From the NCBI RefSeq assembly GCF_049337375.1, contig NZ_JBMPIV010000001.1: a stretch of DNA of 64,000 nucleotides, one strand, 5' to 3'. The DNA comes from Nannocystis pusilla. GTDB taxonomy: Bacteria > Myxococcota_A > Polyangia > Nannocystales > Nannocystaceae. Position numbers and translations under genes: made by a program. Below, piece by piece: positions 31,192-40,886 of this stretch. Positions within the stretch are counted from its first letter, which is position 1. The number at the start of each line of letters is the position of its first letter. Under the pieces are notes generated by a model. That model made no database searches. It was not told the DNA's origin and saw only the letters and a program-made list of their open reading frames with translations.

Positions 31192-34100
31192 TCAGCGCCT
31201 CCTCGCGCCGAGGCGCGGCTCGTCGCGGCGCAGGATCAGGCCGTCGTGGGTCGGGCGGAAGCCGGCGGCGGTCAAGGCTGCGACCTGCGGCCAGGCGGGG
31301 GCCGGTTGATTGTCGATCTGCTCGAGCAGGACGTAGCGCTGGCCGGTGACCTCGGGCAGCAGCGCGAGGGCCTCGGCGAGCGCCGCGGTGGCGCGGCCGC
31401 GCTCGGGCTCGGCGTCGGGGAGGTGGGTGACGAGGGAGCGAGCGCCGCGGCTCAGGAAGCCGATGAGCCGGCCGTCGCGCAGGACCACGCGCGCGCCGGC
31501 GGCGCGTTCGAACCTGGCCTCGGGGACATCCGGCCACGGCAGCGCGGCGCCGTACGGGTTGGCGGGATCGGTGGCGGCGAGCAGGACCGTGAAGGGCGCG
31601 TCCTCGTCGATGTCCCGGACGTCGCGCAGGCGATCCTCGGCGCCGGGCAGGGCGAACTGGGTCGCGCCCAGGCCGGCGACGAAGTAGCCGCGGCGCACCC
31701 GGCCGGCCTCCTCCATGGCCTTGAGGACAGGATAGACGGCCGCGAAGCCGCCGTCGTGATCCTCGGCGGCGACCGCCTCGCGGGTGAGGACGCCGTGGCG
31801 CGCGAGCAGCTGGCGGGCGCGCGCGGCCCGGCGCTCGGTCTCGTCGACGGGGCGCGGAGTGACGAGCGACCAGCGACCTTCGCTGCCCGGCGGGCCGCTG
31901 CGCCGGCCGCGGCCGTCGACGCCGAAGCGCAGCTGCGGACGCGGGGCTCGATCGCCGCCGGCGAGGCGGCTGCGCAGACAGGTGAGGGTGTCGTTGGTGA
32001 CCTCGCCGGCCCACACGAGGTCCCACAGGGCCTCGAGCAGCTCGTCGACCGGGGCGCGCACCTGGGTGACGAGCTCGGCGAAGAAGGAGGCGCCGCGGGC
32101 CTGCAGGGCCTCGCGCACGCGCGCCGCGAGCTCGCCCGCGGCCGGGGTGGGATCGGGGGTGAGCCAGGCGGCGTCGTCGGCGAGGTAGAGCGCGACGTAG
32201 CCGTCGGCCTGGCCGAGCGGCCGGACGCCGCGCCAGACGACGTCGCCGGCGCCGCACAAGACGTCGAGATCGGTGGCGCGATAGTTGGCGACCCGCGCCG
32301 GCAAGACCTCGCCCTCGAGCACGGAGGCGGGGATCGCAACTCCTTGCAATTGCTCGATCGCCTGCAGCACCGCCTCGGGGCCCTCGCGCTCGCCGCCGAC
32401 GCCCTGCCACGCGAGCGAGAAGCGGCCGAGCACCGCCTGCTCGACCGGCTCGACCTCCTCGCGCAGGCGCGCCAGCGACATGCGCTTGAGCCGGCGCAGG
32501 ACCTCGTCGTCGCACCACTCGAGGCCCGCGCCGCGGGGGATGAACTCGCCCTCGACGACCTTGCCGCGGGCGGCGAGCCGGCGCAGGGCGCCGATGACGA
32601 GCGCGGTGCCGACGGCGAAGCGCTGGGCCAACCACTCGGCGCGGAACGGGCCGTGCGTGCGCGCGTGGCGGGCGACGAGGTCGGCCAGCGGATCTTCCAC
32701 GGACTCGAGGAACACCGCCGGGAGGCCGGGCGGCGAGACGACGCCGAGGGCGTCGCGGTAGCGGCCGGCGTCCTCGGCGGCGATGTAGCGCCAGCGACCG
32801 CCGAGCTTGACCTTGACGATCCGGCGGGTATGCGTGAGCTCGGCCAGCCAGCGATCGATGTCGTCTTCGGGGACGCCGGCGCGGGCGACGAGGTCGTCGC
32901 GGTCCTGATCGCCGAGGGCGAGCAGGAGGTCGTGGATCTCGTCGGGATGGTTCAGCTTGCGAGCGCGTCGCTGCAGGGTCGCCTCGAGCTCGGCGATCGC
33001 GTCGGCGTCGAGCAGGTCGCGCAGGGCGGCCTCGCCGAGCAGCGCCTTGAGGCGCGCGTGGTCGATCGTCAGGGCCTGGGCGCGCCGCTCGGCCAGCGGG
33101 GCGTCGCCCTCGTACATGAAGTTGCCGACGTAGGAGAACAGCAGGGCCGCGGCGAACGGGCTCGGGCTGCGCGTCTCGACGTCGACGACCTTGATCGCGC
33201 GCTGCTCGACGCGACGCAGCAGGTCGACGCAGCCGGGCAGGTCGAACACGTCCTTCAGGCACTCGCGGTAGGTCTCGAGCACGACCGGGAAGTCGCGGAA
33301 GCGCGAGGCGGCGGCCAGCAGGTCGGCCGACTTGCGCCGCATGGCCCACAGCGGGGTGCGCTGGCCGGGCCTTCGCTTGACCAGCAGCAGCGCCCGGCCG
33401 GCGTTCTCGCGGAAGCGGGTGGCGAACAGCGAGGTCTCGGCGAGGCGCGCGACCACGCGATCCTCGAGCTCGTCGGCGCGCGGGAAGAACTGCGTCGGGT
33501 CGGGCGCGCGCTCGGCCTCGGGCAAGCGGAACACGATGCCGTCGTCGGACCAGACGACGTCGAGCTCGGCGGCGTAGCGCTCGAGCAGGGCGCTGCGCAC
33601 CGCCATGGCCCACGGGGCGTGCACGGCGGCGCCGAACGGCGAGAGGATGCAGACGCGCCAGTCGCCGATCTCGTCGCGGAAGCGCTCGACGACGATCGTG
33701 CGATCGGTCGGCAAGGTCTTGGCCGCCTCCTGCTCCTCGCGCACGTACTGCAGGAGGCTATGGGCCGCGGCCGGATCGAGGCAGTGCTGCTGGACGAGGC
33801 GCGCCTCGGCGTCGGCGTCGGACAGCGCTCCGAGCTCGCGGATCAGGGCGCCGATCGCCTGGCCGAACTCGAGCGGGCGCCCGGGGCCGTCGCCGCGCCA
33901 GAACGGCAGCTTGCCGGGCTCGCCCGGGGCCGGCGAGACGAGCACGCGGTCGTGGGTGATCTCTTCGATGCGCCACGACGAGGCGCCGAGCACGAACACG
34001 TCGCCGATCCGCGACTCGAACACCATCTCCTCGTCGAGCTCGCCGACGCGGCGGCCGCCCTCGCCGCTGCCGGCGAGGAAGACGCCGAACAGGCCGCGGT

Positions 34101-35700
34101 CGGGGATGCTGCCGGCGTTGCCGATCGCCACCCGACGCGCGCCGTGGCGCGCCGACAGCTGGCCGGTGACGCGGTCGTAGTTGACGCGCGGGCGCAGGTC
34201 GGCGAAGTCCTCGCTCGGGTAGCGGCCGCTCAGCATGTCGAGCACGCCCTCGAAGGCGTCGCGCGGCAGCTCGGCGTACGGGGCGGCGGCCCGCAGCTTG
34301 TCGTACAGCGCCTCGGCGCCCCAGTCGTCCATCGCCACCGCGGCGACGACCTGCTGGGCGAGGATGTCGAGCGGGTTGCGAGGGTAACGCGACGACTCGA
34401 CCTCGCCGGCGAGCATGGCCCGCGCCGCGGCGGCGCACGGCAGCAGGTCGCCGCGGAACTTGGGGATGATGACGCCGCGCGAGCGCCCGCCGACGTGGTG
34501 ATTGGCCCGACCGACGCGCTGCATGCCGGCGGCGATCGACGGCGGCGAGGCCAGCTGGATCACGAGGTCGACCGCGCCCATGTCGATGCCGAGCTCGAGC
34601 GAGGAGGTGGCGACGATCGCCGGCAAGGTGCCGCGCTTGAGCTGCTCCTCGACGCCGGCGCGCACGTCCTTGGCCATCGAGCCGTGGTGCGCGAGCGCCA
34701 GCGGCTCGCCCGCGGCCTCGTTGAGCGCCGCAGCGAGCCGCTCGGCGAGGCGGCGGCTGTTGACGAACAGCATGGTCGAGCGGTGGGCGCGGATCAGCTC
34801 GACGAGGCGCGGGTGCAGGGCGGTGAGGTTGGAGCGCGGGAGCCCCGAGATCGCGGTGGGCCCCTCGTTCGCGGCCGGCGGGACGTCCTCGATGCTCGCG
34901 CCGGGCTCCTCGACGGGCAGCTCGATCCGCAGGTCGAGCTGCTTGACCTGGCCGGCGTCGACGATCGTCACCGGCCGGGGCGCGACCGCGTCGCCTTCGA
35001 CGACCGAACCGCCGAGGAAGCGCGCCACTTCGGTGAGCGGGCGCTGGGTCGCGGACAGGCCGATCCGCTGCAGCGGCCGCGCGCCGGCGCGGAGCCACTC
35101 GAGGCGCTCGAGCGAGAGCGCGAGGTGGCTGCCGCGCTTGCTGGCGACGAGGCTGTGGATCTCGTCGACGATCACGGTGTCGACCGATCGCAGCATCGCC
35201 CGCGATTCGCTGGTGAGCAGCATGTACAGCGATTCGGGCGTGGTGATGAGAATGTCGGGCGGGTGGCGCTGCATGTGCGCCCGCGCCTTTTGCGGGGTGT
35301 CGCCGCTGCGGATCGCCACGGTCGGCGTGTGGACGGTCATGCCGAGCCGGTCCGCGGTGGCGGCGATGCCGGCCAGCGGCGAGCGCAGGTTCTGCTCGAC
35401 GTCGACCCCGAGGGCCTTGATCGGCGAGACGTAGACCACGCGGCAGCGCTCCGCCGGCGGCGGCACCGGCGCGAACATGACGCGGTTGATGGCGCCGAGG
35501 AACGCCGCCAGCGTCTTGCCCGAGCCCGTGGGCGCCAGCAGCAGCGTCGATTCGCCGGCCTCGATCGCCGGCCAGCCTGCTACCTGCGCCGAGGTCGGCG
35601 CGTCGAAGCAGGCCTCGAACCACGCGCGGGCGGCCGGGTGGAGGAATCCGAGCGGATCGCCGGTCACGCCTGAAGATGGCCGAGATGGCTGCACATGCAA
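31192..35700 (-). CDS. lhr: Lhr-type large ATP-dependent helicase (superfamily 2, DEAH)
   Basis: LLLAPTGSGKT (Walker A), VIVDEIHSL (DEIH), SAT-like motifs, about 1500 aa. The lhr-nei arrangement is as in mycobacteria. Confidence 0.85.
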   Translation of the reverse strand: MHVQPSRPSSGVTGDPLGFLHPAARAWFEACFDAPTSAQVAGWPAIEAGESTLLLAPTGSGKTLAAFLGAINRVMFAPVPPPAERCRVVYVSPIKALGVDVEQNLRSPLAGIAATADRLGMTVHTPTVAIRSGDTPQKARAHMQRHPPDILITTPESLYMLLTSESRAMLRSVDTVIVDEIHSLVASKRGSHLALSLERLEWLRAGARPLQRIGLSATQRPLTEVARFLGGSVVEGDAVAPRPVTIVDAGQVKQLDLRIELPVEEPGASIEDVPPAANEGPTAISGLPRSNLTALHPRLVELIRAHRSTMLFVNSRRLAERLAAALNEAAGEPLALAHHGSMAKDVRAGVEEQLKRGTLPAIVATSSLELGIDMGAVDLVIQLASPPSIAAGMQRVGRANHHVGGRSRGVIIPKFRGDLLPCAAAARAMLAGEVESSRYPRNPLDILAQQVVAAVAMDDWGAEALYDKLRAAAPYAELPRDAFEGVLDMLSGRYPSEDFADLRPRVNYDRVTGQLSARHGARRVAIGNAGSIPDRGLFGVFLAGSGEGGRRVGELDEEMVFESRIGDVFVLGASSWRIEEITHDRVLVSPAPGEPGKLPFWRGDGPGRPLEFGQAIGALIRELGALSDADAEARLVQQHCLDPAAAHSLLQYVREEQEAAKTLPTDRTIVVERFRDEIGDWRVCILSPFGAAVHAPWAMAVRSALLERYAAELDVVWSDDGIVFRLPEAERAPDPTQFFPRADELEDRVVARLAETSLFATRFRENAGRALLLVKRRPGQRTPLWAMRRKSADLLAAASRFRDFPVVLETYRECLKDVFDLPGCVDLLRRVEQRAIKVVDVETRSPSPFAAALLFSYVGNFMYEGDAPLAERRAQALTIDHARLKALLGEAALRDLLDADAIAELEATLQRRARKLNHPDEIHDLLLALGDQDRDDLVARAGVPEDDIDRWLAELTHTRRIVKVKLGGRWRYIAAEDAGRYRDALGVVSPPGLPAVFLESVEDPLADLVARHARTHGPFRAEWLAQRFAVGTALVIGALRRLAARGKVVEGEFIPRGAGLEWCDDEVLRRLKRMSLARLREEVEPVEQAVLGRFSLAWQGVGGEREGPEAVLQAIEQLQGVAIPASVLEGEVLPARVANYRATDLDVLCGAGDVVWRGVRPLGQADGYVALYLADDAAWLTPDPTPAAGELAARVREALQARGASFFAELVTQVRAPVDELLEALWDLVWAGEVTNDTLTCLRSRLAGGDRAPRPQLRFGVDGRGRRSGPPGSEGRWSLVTPRPVDETERRAARARQLLARHGVLTREAVAAEDHDGGFAAVYPVLKAMEEAGRVRRGYFVAGLGATQFALPGAEDRLRDVRDIDEDAPFTVLLAATDPANPYGAALPWPDVPEARFERAAGARVVLRDGRLIGFLSRGARSLVTHLPDAEPERGRATAALAEALALLPEVTGQRYVLLEQIDNQPAPAWPQVAALTAAGFRPTHDGLILRRDEPRLGARRR

Positions 35701-35829
35701 GCAGCGCCGCCAGCGAGCCCAGCCGTGAATGTCATGAGCGACGGGCCGCGCGGCGGGGAGGCCGAGCGCGCGCGGGCCGTCGTGATCCTCACTCGCGCGG
35801 CGCGGCGATCCAGCGCACGCGCGGCGAGC

Positions 35830-36978
35830 TTACGTCTTGCGGCCGGTCTTGTAGCGCGGGTTGCTGTCGTGCCACTCGAACGCGCCGCCCATCCAGGCCC
35901 GCAGGGCGCGCAGGAACCGCTGCAGCTCGACGCTGGGGACGGCCTGCAGCTCGCGGTGGCTGGCCTCGAAGTCGCGGACGAGGTCGTTGTGCAGCTGGAC
36001 GGTGACCTCGGTCGCCTCGTCGATCGAGCAGCCGCGATCGGCCTTGACCTGCAGGACCATGTTGCACGGCGGCTTCGCGTCCTCGAGGTCCTTGGCCACC
36101 GAATAGAGGTCGTTGACGAGGACGACCGCGGTGCCGGCCAGGAACGCGGCGCGGCGGATCCGCGCGTCGTAGAAGAGCTCGGCGGGCAGGCGGTAGCCGC
36201 CGATGACGTCGCACAGCGTCATCGAGGTGTAAAAGCTGTCGTGCTGGCGCGCGGCCAGGTACTTCCACGCGGGCGGGTACTCGCCGGTGTGCCGCCACGC
36301 CGCGTAGGCGCTCCACGACACGAACATGGCGAAGGTCGCGTAGCAGGTGCGCTGGACCTGCTCGTGCGTGGCGTAGCGGCCCATGTGCTCGAGGCCCGAG
36401 CGCAGGGCGACGAGCACGCGCTCGGCGTCGATCGCCTGCTCGAGCGGGACGCTGAACTCGCCGGCGCGCGGCAGCGGATCCATGGCCGCCATCGCCAGGA
36501 CGAGGCGCGGCGGCAGCTGCTCAGGGACCGCCCCGAGGGCGCTGTCGTCGGCGTAGTAGTCGTCGGCGGCCCACCACGCGGCGTTCATCTTGGCGCCGAT
36601 GAGCAGCCGATCCGGGTCGTCGCAATCGGCGTGGGTGAGCATCACCAGGCGGCCGAACCGGGTCTTGCGGATCTTGACGATCTCGTCGTCGTCGAAGCCG
36701 CACTCGCTCGCCCAGGCCGCGAGCCGATCGTCGACCTCGTCGGCCAGCGGCTCGTTGATGCGCTCGGTGATGGGGCAGTACAGCGGCGACGCGCTGCCGT
36801 CGCCCCACGACCGCCAGGCGTAGGCGGGATCGATCGCCGGCTGCGGCGGGTCGAGGTCGCCGGCGCGGGCCCGATTGAGCAGCTGCGCGAGGCGAGCGGC
36901 GTGCGTCCCCAGGCCGGTCGGTCCGGCGAGGAGGGCGGATACATCGTTCGGGTCCGTCTTGCGCTTGGCCTCAGTCAT
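35830..36978 (-). CDS. Type I terpene synthase, probably 2-methylisoborneol synthase (the cargo enzyme)
   Basis: DDYYADD is a DDxxD-type motif (compare DDCYCED in 2-MIBS). NDLYSVAKDLE is the NSE/DTE motif (compare NDLYSYTKE in 2-MIBS). The protein is 382 aa with a roughly 55-aa Pro-rich, disordered N-terminus. The adjacent GPP C-methyltransferase supports the MIB assignment. Confidence 0.8.
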   Translation of the reverse strand: MTEAKRKTDPNDVSALLAGPTGLGTHAARLAQLLNRARAGDLDPPQPAIDPAYAWRSWGDGSASPLYCPITERINEPLADEVDDRLAAWASECGFDDDEIVKIRKTRFGRLVMLTHADCDDPDRLLIGAKMNAAWWAADDYYADDSALGAVPEQLPPRLVLAMAAMDPLPRAGEFSVPLEQAIDAERVLVALRSGLEHMGRYATHEQVQRTCYATFAMFVSWSAYAAWRHTGEYPPAWKYLAARQHDSFYTSMTLCDVIGGYRLPAELFYDARIRRAAFLAGTAVVLVNDLYSVAKDLEDAKPPCNMVLQVKADRGCSIDEATEVTVQLHNDLVRDFEASHRELQAVPSVELQRFLRALRAWMGGAFEWHDSNPRYKTGRKT

Positions 36979-37069
36979 CGCTCGCCTCTGTTGCAGCGGC
37001 CGCCGAGATCCGGCGGAAAATTACGCAGGGCGGGAGGTATGATCATACCTCCCGCCGATGCCGTCATTC

Positions 37070-37936
37070 TCAGCGGACGATGCGGTCCGCGACGATGAGG
37101 AGGTAGTGGAAGCTGCCCTCCTTGTAGGCCCGCAGGAACGGATCCTCGACGCCGGTGGCCACCGAGCAGCGGGTCCGCAGCTCCCAGTACGGGATCGTGT
37201 CGGGGGTCAGGTCGGTGACCTCGATCGGCACGAGGTTGTTGGCCGCCATCGCCTTGAAGTACTCGCTGCGCGGGTGGATGTTGCAGATGTACTTGGCGTC
37301 GATCTCGCTGACCGCGCGCGAGCGGCCGCCGGTGATGTCGTTGTAGCAGCCGGTGATGCAGACGTAGCGCCCGCCGTCCTTCAGCAGCCGCGAGAACTCC
37401 GCGTACAGCTTGAACAGGTCGACGTACATCGTGGTCTCGTTGGTCCAGATGGCGTCGATCGAGCCGGTCTCGAAGCCGGTGTCGAGCATGTTGCGGAAGT
37501 GGTACTTCAGCTTGTCGGTGTAGCCGCGCTTGGCGGCCTGCTCGTTGGCGAAGCCGACCTGGTACTCCGAGATCGACACGCCGTCGACCTGGCACTTGAA
37601 TTTCTCGTGGGCCATGAGGCTGGTGCCGCCGCGGCCGGAGCCGGCGTCGAGCAGGCGGCTCTCGGGCTTGATCGGGCCGAGCTTCTTGAGCAGGTGCTCC
37701 GCCTGCGCGTGCTCGAGCCGGTGGAGCTCGCGGATGATCGCGTCGTCGCGCGTGGCCTCGGGCTGCTCCAGCACCGACCAATTGACGGCGCCGATCCCGT
37801 AGTGGTGGTGGTAGTAGCCGTCGACGTGGCCGAGCAGCAGATTGACGGGGTCGTTCTGGTTGGTGTTCCAGTAGTTGGCGACCGACTTCTGGTATTCGCT
37901 GCGCAGGACGCTATTGGCCGTGGTGGGCGTGTTCAT
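37070..37936 (-). CDS. Geranyl diphosphate 2-C-methyltransferase (SAM-dependent)
   Basis: The SAM motif LDAGSGRGGTS is present, the protein is 288 aa, and it sits immediately upstream of the terpene synthase in the canonical cnb-mtf-mibs arrangement. Confidence 0.8.
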   Translation of the reverse strand: MNTPTTANSVLRSEYQKSVANYWNTNQNDPVNLLLGHVDGYYHHHYGIGAVNWSVLEQPEATRDDAIIRELHRLEHAQAEHLLKKLGPIKPESRLLDAGSGRGGTSLMAHEKFKCQVDGVSISEYQVGFANEQAAKRGYTDKLKYHFRNMLDTGFETGSIDAIWTNETTMYVDLFKLYAEFSRLLKDGGRYVCITGCYNDITGGRSRAVSEIDAKYICNIHPRSEYFKAMAANNLVPIEVTDLTPDTIPYWELRTRCSVATGVEDPFLRAYKEGSFHYLLIVADRIVR

Positions 37937-38005
37937 GATCGTTGGTTCTCTTTCGTTGCACTGTGACGAGGCGCCCCAAGGTGGCGCCTGCCTCGGCGGG
38001 GGCGC

Positions 38006-39409
38006 TCAGCGCCCGATCTCGATGTTCTCCAGGATCCCGAGCGCGTCCGGGATCAGGACCGCTGCGGAGTAATACGTGCTGACGAGGTACGAGGCGACGG
38101 CTCGCTCGTTGGTGCCCATCCTGCGGACGGACAGGCCGGGCTCGCGCTCGTCGGGGAGGCCGCTGCGATACAGGCCGATGACGCCCTGGGCCTCCTGGCC
38201 GACGCGCATGGCGAGGATCGAGCTGGTCTGGGTGTCGGAGATCGGAATCTTGTCGCACGGCAGGATCGGCACGCCGCGCCAGCCGGCGACGATGGACCCC
38301 TCGTATTCGACGTTCGGCGGATCGAGCCGGCGGCGGGTGCACTCGCGGCGGAAGGCGGCGATCGTCCGCGGGTGGGCCAGGAAGAACCGGGTCTTGCGGC
38401 GCCGGCACAGCAGCTCGTCCATGTCGTCGGGCGTCGGCGGGCCGCTGCGGGTGCTGATCCGCTGCTTGTAGTCGGCGTTGTGCAGGAGGCCGAAGTCGCG
38501 GTTGTTGACGAGCTCGTGCTCCTGCCGCTCGCGCAGGGCGTCGATGGTCAGGCGCAGCTGCTCCTCGAGCTGGTCCATCGGGTCGTTGAACAGGTCCGAC
38601 ACCCGTGAATGGAGCTGCAGGATGGTCTGCGCGAGGCTCAACTCGTACTCGCGCGGCGAGGCCTCGTAGTCGACGAAGGTGCCCGGCAAGGTGACCTCGC
38701 CGTGGTGGCCCGCGGTCAAGCGGATGGCGGCCTGGCCGTGCTTGTCCTGCGGGGTCTTCAGCAGCTCCTTGTAGCGCTCGACGTGGGCGCGCAGCGCGGC
38801 CGAGCGGCCGATCAGCTCCTCGAACACGGCCTGGGGCAGGGCGAGGACGATGCACGGGGTGATCGCCTTGACGCTGTAGTCCCAGGCGTCGTCGTCCTGC
38901 ACGAGGGCCTGATCGCCGAAGTGCGCGCCGTCGGCGAGCACCTCGAGCCTGGCCTCCTCGCCGTAGGGGCCCTGGCCCAGCTTGTCGGCCTTGCCGTGGA
39001 CCAGCAAGTACACGTGGTCGGCCGGCTTGCCGCGCTCGGCGATGAGCTGGCCCGGCTTGAACTCGCTCTGCACGAACCGGCTGGCCAGGTGCGAGAGCAC
39101 CTCGTCGTCGGCAAATCCGCGCAGGAGCGGCAGCTCGCCGAGCTCGGCCGGGATCACCTGAGCTTTGGCGCCGATGTTGGTAAATTCGATCCGCCCGTCC
39201 CCGACCGCGACGCTCATGCGGCGATTGACGCGGAACGTGCCACCGGTGACGTCGACCCAGGGCAGCGAGCGGAGCAGCCAGCGAGGCGTGCGCCCCTGGT
39301 TCTGCGGCGGCGTCTTGGTGGTGGTCGCCAGCTGCCGCGCGGCCCGGGTCCCGAGGCTCATCGGCTGCTGCCCGTCGTCGTCACGGCCGGACTTCTCGAA
39401 AATCGACAT
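38006..39409 (-). CDS. Cyclic-nucleotide-binding-domain protein of the Family 2B encapsulin shell type ('cnb'), paralog 1
   Basis: 467 aa. The N-terminal half contains a cNMP-binding-like domain ([15 protein letters not shown]...). The C-terminal half is homologous to the upstream paralog, with long identical blocks such as TFVDYE.SPRE.ELS.AQT.LQ.H.RV.DLFNDPM and [13 protein letters not shown]. It lies in an operon with the GPPMT and terpene synthase genes. Confidence 0.7.
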   Translation of the reverse strand: MSIFEKSGRDDDGQQPMSLGTRAARQLATTTKTPPQNQGRTPRWLLRSLPWVDVTGGTFRVNRRMSVAVGDGRIEFTNIGAKAQVIPAELGELPLLRGFADDEVLSHLASRFVQSEFKPGQLIAERGKPADHVYLLVHGKADKLGQGPYGEEARLEVLADGAHFGDQALVQDDDAWDYSVKAITPCIVLALPQAVFEELIGRSAALRAHVERYKELLKTPQDKHGQAAIRLTAGHHGEVTLPGTFVDYEASPREYELSLAQTILQLHSRVSDLFNDPMDQLEEQLRLTIDALRERQEHELVNNRDFGLLHNADYKQRISTRSGPPTPDDMDELLCRRRKTRFFLAHPRTIAAFRRECTRRRLDPPNVEYEGSIVAGWRGVPILPCDKIPISDTQTSSILAMRVGQEAQGVIGLYRSGLPDEREPGLSVRRMGTNERAVASYLVSTYYSAAVLIPDALGILENIEIGR

Positions 39410-39488
39410 GTCATCGTCTCCAGGCTGGCATCACGGACGGAGGCGCCCCGGGCCGCGAGGACCGGAGCGCCCATGGTGCGACGAGGCG

Positions 39489-40886
39489 TCAGTCGGCGCG
39501 GCCGATCTCGACGCTCTCGAGGATGCCGAGCGCGTCCGGGATCTGGACGGCGGCCGAGTAATAGAGGCTGACCAGGTACGAGATGATCGCCTTCTCGTTG
39601 ATGCCCATGAAGCGCACCGACAGGCTCGGCTCGATCTCGTCGGGGATGCCCTTGTGGTGCAGGCCGATGACGCCCTGGTTCTTCTCGCCGACGCGCATCA
39701 GCAGGATCGAGGTGGTGCGCGTGTCGGAGATCGGGATCTTGTTGCAGGGGAAGATCGGGACGCCGCGCCACGACGGGACGTGATGGCCGCCCAGGTCGAT
39801 CGGCGTCGGGTAGATGCCCGCGCGGTTGCACTCGTGGCCGAACGCCGCGATGGTCCGCGGGTGGGCGAGGAAGAAGGCCGGCTCCTTCCACACCAGCGCC
39901 AGCAGGTTGTCCATGTCGTCCGGCGTCGGCGGGCCGCTGCGGGTGTGGATCCGCTGCTTCAGGTCGGCGTTGTGAAGCAGGCCGAACTCGTGGTTGTTGA
40001 TGAGCTCGTGCTCCTGGCGCTCCTTCAGCGCCTCGACGGTCAGGCGCAGCTGCTCCTGCGTCTGGTTCATCGGGTCGTTGAACAGGTCGGCCACGCGCGT
40101 GTGGACCTGCAGGACGGTCTGGGCGACGCTGAGCTCGAACTCCCGCGGCGAGGTCTCGTAGTCGACGAAGGTGCCGGGCAGCACGGGCTCGCCCGAGTGG
40201 CCGGAGGCGACCTCGATCGCGGCCTGGCCGCTGTTGTCCTGCTTCTTCTGCGAGCGCGCCTTGAACTCGTCGACGTGCTTGCGCAGCGACGGGTGCTGGG
40301 CGACGAGCTCCTCGAAGGACGCCTGCGACAGCGTCAGGACGGTGCCGGCGGTCACCGCCTTGGCGGTGAAGTCCCAGTAGTCCTGCGACTCGAGGATCGC
40401 CTGGTACGAGTAATGGTCACCGTCGGCCAGGGTCTCGAGGACGCTCTCGTCGCCGTACTTGCCGGTGCCGATCTTGTTGACCTTGCCGTGGGCGATGAGG
40501 ACCATCTCGTTGGCCTCGTTGCCCTTCTGCGTCAGGACGTCGCCCGCCTTGAACTCCTTCTGCACGAATCGACCGGCGAGGACGTTCAGCACCTCGAGGT
40601 CCTCGTAGCCGCGGAACAGCGGCAGCTCGGTCAGCTCCAGCGGCACGACCTGGATCTTGGCGCCGGTGTTGTAGAAGGTGACGCGGCCGTCGCCGACGGC
40701 GTAGCTCAGGCGACGATTGAGGCGGAAGACGCCGTTGACGTGCACCCAGGGCAACAATTTGAGCAGCCAGCGGGACGAGATTCCCTGCATCTGCGGCGGG
40801 GACTTCGTCGTCGTGGCGAGCTGGCGCGCTGCAGCCGTCGAGAGGCTGGTCTGCTGATCATTTCCCGGCTTTCCTGCGATCGACAT
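39489..40886 (-). CDS. Cyclic-nucleotide-binding-domain protein of the Family 2B encapsulin shell type ('cnb'), paralog 2
   Basis: The start was re-set to MSIAGKPG (ATG at 40886) by alignment with the paralog's N-terminus MSIFEKSG...[15 protein letters not shown]. The protein is 465 aa with a cNMP-binding-like region ([18 protein letters not shown]). Confidence 0.7.
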   Translation of the reverse strand: MSIAGKPGNDQQTSLSTAAARQLATTTKSPPQMQGISSRWLLKLLPWVHVNGVFRLNRRLSYAVGDGRVTFYNTGAKIQVVPLELTELPLFRGYEDLEVLNVLAGRFVQKEFKAGDVLTQKGNEANEMVLIAHGKVNKIGTGKYGDESVLETLADGDHYSYQAILESQDYWDFTAKAVTAGTVLTLSQASFEELVAQHPSLRKHVDEFKARSQKKQDNSGQAAIEVASGHSGEPVLPGTFVDYETSPREFELSVAQTVLQVHTRVADLFNDPMNQTQEQLRLTVEALKERQEHELINNHEFGLLHNADLKQRIHTRSGPPTPDDMDNLLALVWKEPAFFLAHPRTIAAFGHECNRAGIYPTPIDLGGHHVPSWRGVPIFPCNKIPISDTRTTSILLMRVGEKNQGVIGLHHKGIPDEIEPSLSVRFMGINEKAIISYLVSLYYSAAVQIPDALGILESVEIGRAD

